DNA of 64,000 bases from Eledone cirrhosa (lineage: Eukaryota), in NCBI GenBank assembly GCA_964016885.1, contig OZ024742.1, forward strand, positions 162,626,001-162,690,000, written 5' to 3'. How positions within the stretch are numbered: the stretch's first letter is position 1; the number at the start of each line of letters is the position of its first letter. The notes beneath the pieces are model-generated. The model did not search any database, was not told where the DNA came from, and saw only the letters and a list, made by a program, of their open reading frames with translations. Below are positions 53,000-64,000 of the stretch, in pieces. Both the position numbers and the translations under genes were made by a program.

Positions 53000-55900
53000 T
53001 GGAATTTTGGGAATTTTAGGAATTTTAGGAATATTAGGAATTTTGGAATTTTAGGAATTTTATGAATTTTAGGAATTTTTTGAATTTTAGGAATTTTAGG
53101 AATTTTCGAAATTTTTATGTATTTTAGGAATTTTAGGAATTTTATGAATTTTATGAATTTTATGAATTTTATGAATTTTATGAATTTTAGGAATTTAGGA
53201 ATTTTAGGAATTTTCAGGAATTTTTTTGAATTATCGGAATTTTATGTATTTTTAGGAATTTTACGAATTTTAGGAATTTCAGGAATTTTAGGAATTTTTC
53301 CGAATTTTCGTAATTTTATGAATTTTTATGAATTTTAGGAATTTTATGAATTTTAGGAATTTTACAATTTTACGAATTTTAATTTAAGGAATTTTATAAA
53401 TTTTATGAATTTTATGAATTATGGGAATTTTATGAATTTTAGGAATTTAGGAATTTTAGGAATTTTAGGAATTTTAGGAATTTAAGGAATTTTTTGAATT
53501 TTAGGAATTTTAGGAATTTCTATGAATTTTAGGAATTTTAAGAATTTTATGAATTATATAAATTTTATGAATTTTAGGAATCTTAGGAATTTTAGGAATT
53601 TTATGAATTTTAGTAATTTTAGGAATTTTTTGGAATTTTTGGAATTTTCGGAATTTTCGGAATTTTAAGGAATTTTAGGAATTTTATGAATTTTATGAAT
53701 TTTATGAACTTTATGAATTTTAGGATTTTTATGAATTTTTGGAATTTTAGGAATTTTAGGAATTTTTTAAATTTTAGGAATTTTAGGAATTTTAGGAATT
53801 TTTATGTATTTTAGGAATTTTAGCAAGTTTATGAATTCTATGAATTTTAGGAATTTTAGGAATTTTTAGGAATTTTAGGAATTTTAGGAATTTTATTAAT
53901 GTTATGAATTTTATGAATTTTAGGAATTTTAGGAATTTTATGAATTTTAGGATTTTTATGAATTTTTGGAATTTTATGAATGTTAGGACTTTTAGGAATT
54001 TTTGGAATTTTATGAATTTTATGAATTTTAGAAATGTTATGAAATTTAGGAATTTTAGGAATTTTTGGAATTTTGGGAATTTTAGGAATTTTAGGAATTT
54101 TAGGAATTTTGGAATTTTAGGAATTTTAGGAATTTTTATGTATTTGAGGAATTTTATGAATTTTATGAATTTTATGAATTTTAGGAATTTTATGAATTTT
54201 ATGAATTATATGAATTTTTGGAATTTTAGGAATTTTGAGGAATTTTTTTGAATATTCGGAATTTTATGTATTTTTAGGAATTTTAGGAATTTTAGGAATT
54301 TTAGGAATTTTTCCGAATTTTCGTAATTTTATGAATTTTTAGGAATTTTAGGAATTTTATGAATTTTAGGAATTTTACAATTTTACGAATTTTAGTAATT
54401 TTAGGAATTTTAGGAATTTTATGAATTTAGGAATTTTAGGAATTATAGGAATTTTAGGAATTTTAAGAATTTTAGGAATTTTAGGAATTTTTTGGAATTT
54501 TCGGAATTTTATGAATTTTTAGGAATTTTAGGAATTTTAGGAATTTTATGAATGTTATTAATTTTATAAATTTTAGGAATTTTAGGAATTTTAGGAATTT
54601 TAGGAATTTTAAGAATTTTAGGAATTTTAGGAATTTTTTTGAATTTTTTGAATTTTATGAATTTTTAGGATTTTTCTGAATTATATAAATTTTAGGAATT
54701 TTAGGAATCTTAGGAATTTTAGGAATTTTATGAATTTTAGGAATTTTAGGAATTTTAAGGATTTTAGGAATTTTAGGAATTTTTTGGAATTTTTGGAATT
54801 TTCGGAATTTTAGGAATTTTTAGGAATTTTAGGAATTTTATGAATTTTATGAATTTTATGAATTTTATGAATTTTAGGAATTTTATGAATTTTAGGAATT
54901 TTAGGAATTTTAGGAATTTTTATGTATTTTAGGAATTATAGGAATTTTATGAATTTTATAAATTTTATGAATTTTATGAATTTTAGGAATTTATGAATTT
55001 TAGGAATTTTCAGGAATTTTTTTGAATTTTCGGAATTTTATGTATTTTTAGGAATTTTAGGAATTTTCGGAATTTTAGGAATTTTAGGAATTTTTCCGAA
55101 TTTTCGTAATTTTATGAATTTTTATGAATTTTAGGAATTTTACAATTTTACGAATTTTAATTTTAGGAATTTTATAAATTTTATGAATTTTATGAATTTT
55201 CGGAATTTTATGAATTTTAGGAATTTTAGGAATTTTAGGAATTTCTATGAATTTTAGGAATTTTAAGAATTTTTTTGAATTTTTTGAATTTTATGAATTT
55301 TTAGGAATTTTCTGAATTTTATGAATTATATAAATTTTAGGAATTTTAGGAATCTTAGGAATTTTAGGAATTTTTGGAATTTTAGGAATTTTGAGGAATT
55401 TTTTTGAATTTTCGGAATTTTATGTATTTTTAGGAATTTTAGGAATTTTAGGAATTTTAGGAATTTTAGGAATTTTTGGAATTTTAGGAATTTTATGAAT
55501 TTTAAGTATTTTATGAATTTTTATGAATTTTATAAATTTTATGAATTTTATGAATTTTCGGAATATTATGTATTTTTAGGAATTTTAGGAATTTTATAAA
55601 TATTAGGAATTTTAGGAATATTAAGAATTTTAGGAATTTTAGGAATTTTTAGGAATTTTAGGAATTTTAGGAATTTTATGAATGTTATGAATTTTATGAA
55701 TTTTATGAATTTTAGGAATTTTAGGAATTTTAGGATTTTTATGAATTTTTGAAATTTTATGAATGTTAGGACTTTTAGGAATTTTTGGAATTTTATGAAT
55801 TTTATGAATTTTAGAAATGTTATGAAATTTAGGAATTTTAGGAATTTTTGGAATTTTGGGAATTTTAGGAATTTTAGGAATTTTAGGAATTTTGGAATTT

Positions 55901-58560
55901 TAGGAATTTTAGGAATTTTTTGAATTTTAGGAATTTTAGTAATTTTAGGAATTTTTATGTATTTGAGGAATTTTATGAATTTTATGAATTTTATGAATTT
56001 TAGGAATTTTAGGAATTTTATGAATTATATGAATTTTTGGAATTTTAGGAATTTTGAGGAATTTTTTTGAATTTTCGGAATTTTATGTATTTTTAGGAAT
56101 TTTAGGAATTTTAGAAATTTTAGGAATTTTTCGAATTTTCGTAATTTTATGAATTTTTAGGAATTTTATGAATTTTATGAATTTTAGGAATTTTAGGAAT
56201 TTTAGTAATTTTAGGAATTTTAAGAATTTTATGAATTTTAGGAATTTTTTGGAATTTTCTGAATTTTATGAATTTTTAGGAATTTTAGGAATGTTATGAA
56301 TTTTAGGAATTTTACAATTTTACGAATTTTAGTAATTTTAGGAATTTTAGCAATTTTATGAATTTAGGAATTTTATGAATTTTATGAATTTTATGAATTT
56401 TACGAATTTTAGAAATGTTATGAATTTTAGGAATTTTAGGAATTTTAGGAATTTTAAGAATTTTATGAATTTTAGGAATATTTTTGAATTTTTTGAATTT
56501 TATGAATTTTTAGGATTTTTCTGAATTATTTAAATTTTAGGAATTTTAGGAATCTTAGGAATTTTAGGAATTTTAGGAATTTTAGGAATTTTAGGAATTT
56601 TAAGGATTTTAGGAATTTTAGGAATTTTTTGGAATTTTTGGAATTTTAGGAATTTTAGGAATTTTTAGGAATTTTATGAATTTTATGAATTTTATGAATT
56701 TTATGAATTTTAGGAATTTTAGGATTTTTATGAAGTTTTGGAATTTTGGAATGTTAGGAATTTTTGGAATTTTGGGAATTTTAGGAATTTTAGGAATATT
56801 TTGAATTTTAGGAATTTTAGGAATTTTCGAAATTTTTATGTATTTTATGAATTTTATGAATTTTATGAATTTTATGAATTTTATGAATTTTAGGAATTTA
56901 GGAATTTTAGGAATTTTCAGGAATTTTTTTGAATTTTCGGAATTTTATGTATTTTTAGGAATTTTAGGAATTTTATGAATTTTATGAATTTTACAATTTT
57001 ACGAATTTTAATTTAAGGAATTTTATAAATTTTATGAATTTTATGAATTTTAGGAATTTTAGGAATTTTAGGAATTTAGGAATTTTAGGAATTTCTATGA
57101 ATTTTAGGAATTTTAAGAATTTTTTTGAATTTTTTGAATTTTATGAATTTTTAGGAATTTTCTGAATTTTATGAATTATATAAATTTTAGGAATTTTAGG
57201 AATCTTAGGAATTTTAGGAATTTTAGGAATTTTAGTAATTTTAGGAATTTTTTGGAATTTTTGGAATTTTCGGAATTTTCGGAATTTTAAGGAATTTTAT
57301 GAATTTTATGAATTTTATGAATTTTATGAACTTTATGAATTTTAGGATTTTTATGAATTTTTGGAATTTTAGGAATTTTAGGAATTTTTTAAATTTTAGG
57401 AATTTTAGGAATTTTAGGAATTTTTATGTATTTTAGGAATTTTAGCAAGTTTATGAATTCTATGAATTTTAGGAATTTTATGAATTTTATGAATTTTAGG
57501 AATTTAGGAATTTTAGGAATTTTGAGGAATTTTTTTGGATTTTCGGAATTTTATGTATTTTTAGGAATTTTAGGAATTTTAGGAATTTTAGGAATTTTAG
57601 GAATTTTTGGAATTTTAGGAATTTTAGGAATTTTAAGAATTTTAGGAATTTCGAGGAATTTTTTTGAATTTTCGGAATTTTATGTATTTTTAGGAATTTT
57701 AGGAATTTTAGGAATTTTAGGAATTTTGGTAATTTTAGGAATTTTAAGAATTTTATGAATTTTAGGAATTTTTTGGAATTTTAGGAATTTTAGGAATTTT
57801 TAGGAATTTTATGAATTTTAGGAATTTTATGAATGTTATGAATTTTATGAATTTTATGAATTTTAGGAATTTTAGGATTTTTATGAATTTTTGGAACTTT
57901 AGGAATTTTAGGAATTTTAGGAATTTTTGGAATTTATGAATTTTATGAATTTTAGAAATTTTTGGAATTTATGAATTTTATGAATTTTAGAAATTTTATG
58001 AATTTTAGTAATTTGAGGAATTTGAGGAATTTTAGGAATTTTTTGAATTTTATGAATTTTTATGAATTTTCTGAATTTTCTGAATTATATAAATTTAGGA
58101 ATTTTAGGAATCTTAGGAATTTTAGGAATTTTAGGAATTTTATGAATTTTATGAATTTTTAGGTATTTTAGGAATTTTATGAATTTTTATGAATTTTATG
58201 AATTTTGGAATTTTAGGAATTTTGAGGAATTTTTATGAATTTTCGGAATTTTATGTATTTTCAGGAATTTTAGGAATTTTAGGAATTTTAGAAATTTTAG
58301 GAATTTTTGGAATTTTAGGAATTTTATGAATTTTAAGAATTTTAGGAATTTTGAGGGAATTTTTTTGAATTTTCGGAATTTTATGTATTTTTAGGAATTT
58401 TAGGAATGTTAGGAATTTTATAAATATTAGGAATTTTAGGAATATTAAGAATGTTACGAATTTTAGGAATTTTTAGGAATTTTAGGAATTTTAGGAATTT
58501 TAGGAATGTTATGAATTTTATGAATTTTAGGAATTTTATGAATTTTATGAATTTTAGGAT
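53000..58560 (+). repeat. Dispersed paralog of ~29850-36200 (offset ~22.3-23.2 kb)
   Basis: Rare variants in the same order: TATTAATGTT at 30731/53894; AAGTATTTT with G at 32451/55506; TTATTTAAA at 33521/56526; GTATTTTCAGG at 35911/58255. The offset drops by ~660 across the 658-bp duplication present only in the first copy. Confidence 0.85.
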
Positions 58561-61500
58561 TTTTATGAATTTTAGGAATTTTATGAATTTTAGTAATTTT
58601 AGGAATTTTTTGGAATTTTTGGAATTTTCGGAATTTTCGGAATTTTAAGGAATTTTATGAATTTTATGAATTTTATGAATTTTATGAACTTTATGAATTT
58701 TAGGATTTTTATGAATTTTTGGAATTTTAGGAATTTTAGAAATTTTTTAAATTTTAGGAATTTTAGGAATTTTAGGAATTTTTATGTATTTTAGGAATTT
58801 TAGCAAGTTTATGAATTCTATGAATTTTAGGAATTTTATGAATTTTATGAATTTTATGAATTTTAGGAATTTAGGAATTTTAGGAATTTTGAGCAATTTT
58901 TTTGAATTTTCGGAATTTTATGTATTTTTAGGAATTTTTGGAATTTTATGAATGTTATGAATTTTAGGAATTTTTGGAATTTTAGGAATTTTAGGAATTT
59001 TAAGAATTTTAGGAATTTCGAGGAATTTTTTTGAATTTTCGGAATTTTATTAATTTTTAGGAATTTTAGGAATTTTAGGAATTTTAGGAATTTTAGGAAT
59101 TTTAGGAATTTTGGTAATTTTAGGAATTTTAAGAATTTTAGGAATTTTAGGAATTTTTTGGAATTTTAGGAATTTTAGGAATTTTTAGGAATTTTATGAA
59201 TTTTAGGAATTTTATGAATGTTATGAATTTTATGAATTTTATGAATTTTATGAATTTTAGGATTTTTATGAATTTTAGGAATTTTATGAATGTTATTAAT
59301 TTTATGAATTTTATGAATTTTAGGAATTTTATGATTTTTATGAATTTTTGGAATTTTAGGAATTTTATGAATTTTATGAATTTTATGAATTTTATGAATT
59401 TTATGAATTTTACGAATTTTAGAAATGTTATGAATTTTAGTAATTTTAGGAATTTTAGGAATTTTAGGAATTTTAAGAATTTTAGGAATTTTAGGAATTT
59501 TTTTGAATTTTTTGAATTTTATGAATTTTTAGGAATTTTCTGAATTATATAAATTTTAGGAATTTTAGGAATCTTAGGAATTTTAGGAATTTTATGAATT
59601 TTAGTAATTTTAGGAATTTTAAGGATTTTAGGAATTTTAGGAATTTTTTGGAATTTTTGGAATTTTCGGAATTTTAGGAATTTTTTGGAATTTTAGGAAT
59701 TTTAGGAATTTTAGGAATTTTAGGAATTTTTATGTATTTTAGGAATTATAGGAATTTTATGAATTTTATAAATTTTATGAATTTTATGAATTTTCGGAAT
59801 TTAGGAATTTTAGGAATTTTCAGGAATTTTTTTGAATTTTCGGAATTTTATGTATTTTTATGAATTTTATGAATTTTCGGAATTTTAGGAATTTTAGGAA
59901 TTTTTCCGAATTTTCGTAATTTTATGAATTTTTATGAATTTTAGGAATTTTATGAATTTTATGAATTTTACAATTTTACGAATTTTAATTTTAGGAATTT
60001 TATAAATTTTATGAATTTTATGAATTTTAGGAATTTTATGAATTTTAGGAATTTTAGGAATTTTAGGAATTTCTATGAATTTTAGGAATTTTAAGAATCT
60101 TTTTGAATTTTTTGAATTTTATGAATTTTTAGGAATTTTCTGAATTATCTGAATTATATAAATTTTAGGAATTTTAGGAATTTTTTGAATTTTATGAATT
60201 TTTAGGAATTTTCTGAATTTTCTGAATTATATAAATTTTAGGAATTTTATGAATTTTTGGAATTTTAGGAATTTTATGAATTTTAAGAATTTTAGGAATT
60301 TTGAGGGAATTTTTTTGAATTTTCGGAATTTTATGTATTTTTAGGAATTTTAGGAATTTTATAAATATTAGGAATTTTAGGAACATTAAGAATTTTAGGA
60401 ATTTTAGGAATTTTTAGGAATTTTAGGAATTTTAGGAATTTTATGAATGTTATGAATTTTATGAATTTTAGGAATTTTAGGAATTTTATGAATTTTAGGA
60501 TTTTTATGAATTTTTGGAATTTTATGAATGTTAGGACTTTTAGGAATTTTTGGAATTTTATGAATTTTATGAATTTTAGAAATGTTATGAAATTTAAGAA
60601 TTTTAGGAATTTTTGGAATTTTGGGAATTTTAGGAATTTTAGGAATTTTAGGAATTTTGGAATTTTAGGAATTTTAGGAATTTTAGGAATTTTTTGAATT
60701 TTGGAATTTTAGGAATTTTAGGAATTTTTATGTATTTGAGGAATTTTATGAATTTTATGAATTTTATGAATTTTAGGAATTTTATGAATTTTATGAATTA
60801 TATGAATTTTTAGAATTTTAGGAATTTTGAGGAATTTTTTTGAATTTTCGGAATTTTATGTATTTTTAGGAATTTTAGGAATTTTAGGAATTTTAGGAAT
60901 TTTTCCGAATTTTCGTAATTTTATGAATTTTTAGGAATTTTAGGAATTTTATGAATTTTAGGAATTTTATGAATTTAGGAATTTTAGGAATTTTAGGAAT
61001 TTTAGGAATTTTAGGAATTTTAGGAATTTTAAGAATTTTAGGAATTTTAGGAATTTTTTGGAATTTTCGGAATTTTAGGAATTTTTAGGAATTTTAGGAA
61101 TTTTAGGAATTTTATGAATGTTATTAATTTTATGAATTTTAGGAATTTTAGGATTTTTATGAATTATATAAATTTTAGGAATTTTAGGAATCTTAGGAAT
61201 TTTAGGAATTTTATGAATTTTAGGAATTTTAGGAATTTTAAGGATTTTAGGAATTTTAGGAATTTTTTGGAATTTTTGGAATTTTCGGAATTTTAGGAAT
61301 TTTTAGGAATTTTAGGAATTTTATGAATTTTATGAATTTTATGAATTTTAGGAATTTTAGGATTTTTATGAATTTTTGGAATTTTGGAATGTTAGGAATT
61401 TTTGAAATTTTGGGAATTTTAGGAATTTTGGAATTTTAGGAATTTTATGAATTTTAGGAATTTTTTGAATTTTAGGAATTTTAGGAATTTTCGGAATTTT

Positions 61501-64000
61501 TTGTATTTTTAGGAATTTTACGAATTTTAGGAATTTTAGGAATTTTAGGAATTTTTCCGAATTTTCGTAATTTTATGAATTTTTATGAATTTTAGGAATT
61601 TTATGAATTTTAGGAATTTTACAATTTTACGAATTTTAATTTAAGGAATTTTATAAATTTTATGAATTTTATGAATTTTAGGAATTTTATGAATTTTAGG
61701 AATTTAGGAATTTTAGGAATTTTAGGAATTTTAGGAATTTAAGGAATTTTTTGAATTTTAGGAATTTTAGGAATTTCTATGAATTTTAGGAATTTTAAGA
61801 ATTTTTTTTTTTTTTTGAATTTTATGAATTTTTAGGAATTTTCTGAATTTTATGAATTATATAAATTTTATGAATTTTAGGAATCTTAGGAATTTTAGGA
61901 ATTTTATGAATTTTAGGAATTTTAGGAATTTTTTGGAATTTTTGGAATTTTCGGAATTTTCGGAATTTTAAGGAATTTTAGGAATTTTATGAATTTTATG
62001 AATTTTATGAACTTTATGAATTTTAGGATTTTTATGAATTTTTGGAATTTTAGGAATTTTAGGAATTTTTTAAATTTTAGGAATTTTAGGAATTTTAGGA
62101 ATTTTTATGTATTTTAGGAATTTTAGCAAGTTTATTAATTCTATGAATTTTAGGAATTTTAGGAATTTTTAGGAATTTTAGGAATTTTAGGAATTTTATG
62201 AATGTTATGAATTTTATGAATTTTAGGAATTTTAGGAATTTTATGAATTTTAGGATTTTTATGAATTTTTGGAATTTTATGAATATTAGGACATTTAGGA
62301 ATTTTTGGAATTTTATGAATTTTATGAATTTTAGAAATGTTATGAAATTTAGGAATTTTAGGAATTTTTGGAATTTTGGGAATTTTAGGAATTTTAGGAA
62401 TTTTAGGAATTTTGGAATTTTAGGAATTTTAGGAATTTTTTGAATTTTGGAATTTTAGGAATTTTAGGAATTTTTATGTATTTGAGGAATTTTATGAATT
62501 TTATGAATTTTATGAATTTTATGAATTTTATGAATTTTATGAATTATATGAATTTTTGGAATTTTAGGAATTTTGAGGAATTTTTTTGAATTTTCGGAAT
62601 TTTATGTATTTTTAGGAATTTTAGGAATTTTAGGGATTTTAGGAATTTTTCCGAATTTTCGTAATTTTATGAATTTTTAGGAATTTTAGGAATTTTAGGA
62701 ATTTTAGGAATTTTACAATTTTACGAATTTTAGTAATTTTAGGAATTTTAGGAATTTTATGAATTTAGGAATTTTAGGAATTATAGGAATTTTAGGAATT
62801 TTAGTAATTTTAGGAATTTTAAGAATTTTAGGAATTTTAGGAATTTTTTGGAATTTTCGGAATTTTATGAATTTTTAGGAATGTTAGGAATTTTAGGAAT
62901 TTTATGAATGTTATTAATTTTATGAATTTTAGGAATTTTAGGATTTTTATGAATTTTTGGAATTTCAGGAATTTTAGGAATTTTAGGAATTTTAGGAATT
63001 TTAGGAATTTTATGAATTTTACGAATTTTAGAAATGTTATGAATTTTAGGAATTTTAGGAATTTTAAGAATTTTAGTAATTTTAGGAATTTTTTTGAATT
63101 TTTTGAATTTTATGAATTTTTAGGATTTTTCTGAATTATATAAATTTTAGGAATTTTAGGAATCTAAGGAATTTTAGGAATTTTATGAATTTTAGGAATT
63201 TTAGGAATTTTAAGGATTTTAGGAATTTTAGGAATTTTTTGGAATTTTTGGAATTTTCGGAATTTTAGGAATTTTTAGGAATTTTAGGAATTTTATGAAT
63301 TTTATGAATTTTATGAATTTTAGGAATTTTAGGATTTTTATGAATTTTTGGAATTTTGGAATGTTAGGAATTTTTGGAATTTTGGGAATTTTAGGAATTT
63401 TAGGAATATTAGGAATTTTGGAATTTTAGGAATTTTATGAATTATATGAATTTTATGAATTTTATGAATTTTATGAATTTAGGAATTTTAGGAATTTTCA
63501 GGAATTTTTTTGAATTTTCGGAATTTTATGTATTTTTAGGAATTTTAGGAATTTTAGGAATTTCAGGAATTTTAGGAATTTTTCCGAATTTTCGTAATTT
63601 TATGAATTTTTATGAATTTTAGGAATTTTATGAATTTTATGAATTTTACAATTTTACGAATTTTAATTTAAGGAATTTTATAAATTTTATGAATTTTATG
63701 AATTTTAGGAATTTTATGAATTTTAGGAATTTAGGAATTTTAGGAATTTTAGGAATTTTAGGAATTTAAGGAATTTTTTGAATTTTAGGAATTTTAGGAA
63801 TTTCTATGAATTTTAGGAATTTTAAGAATTTTTTTGAATTTTTTGAATTTTATGAATTTTTAGGAATTTTCTGAATTTTATGAATTATATAAATTTTAGG
63901 AATTTTAGGAATCTTAGGAATTTTAGAAATTTTATGAATTTTAGTAATTTTAGGAATTTTAGGAATTTTAAGGATTTTAGGAATTTTAGGAATTTTTTGG

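Larger units (their letters stand above)
9200..64000 (+). repeat. 9-bp AT-rich satellite array, A(G/T)GAATTTT, right block (roughly 6000 monomers; runs off the window end)
   Basis: Same monomer, orientation and variant vocabulary as 1-3916. I saw no unique sequence or inversion in 54.8 kb. Confidence 0.98.

Noticed and set aside
555-63622. ORFs of (MNF/RNF)n, (GIL)n, (EFY)n and (IPK/IHK)n type as protein-coding genes
   Set aside because: They are direct translations of a 9-bp unit (ATG AAT TTT, AGG AAT TTT). Starts and stops are set by T-run indels, and there is no unique domain or gene structure.
1-64000. G/T monomer alternation as an information-bearing code
   Set aside because: Run lengths and G/T states differ freely between paralogous blocks, consistent with slippage and conversion. 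Nothing indicates a readout.
1-64000. Assignment to a named satellite family (e.g. human satellite II/III) or to a species
   Set aside because: Only the GGAAT pentamer is shared and the period is 9, not 5. I do not recognise either monomer, so a Dfam/Repbase/BLAST search is needed.

Overview
The whole 64 kb window is tandem satellite DNA, most likely eukaryotic heterochromatin. I see no credible gene, RNA gene, transposon or CRISPR array. About 58.7 kb (1-3916 and 9200-64000) is an AT-rich 9-bp satellite, A(G/T)GAATTTT, all in one orientation. Its rare variant monomers show a patchwork higher-order structure: tandem duplications of 0.4-1.2 kb and dispersed copies offset by 4-38 kb. Embedded in it is a 5.29-kb island (3913-9199) of an unrelated, more GC-rich 23-bp satellite, TAGGTAA(C/T)GGCAC(C/T)CTCC(C/T)AACA, about 230 monomers, with the opposite strand skew and its own 6-, 12-, 15- and 16-monomer duplications. 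The island has a 4-bp TAGG microhomology at its left junction, a blunt mid-monomer break at its right junction and no target-site duplication. An island-free paralog of the left flank lies at ~13229-18260. All ORFs in the track are translations of the repeat units. I cannot support a novel protein-coding system. The noteworthy biology is the satellite-in-satellite architecture and how it arose. Offsets were measured by eye from diagnostic variants, so block boundaries are approximate (tens of bp).
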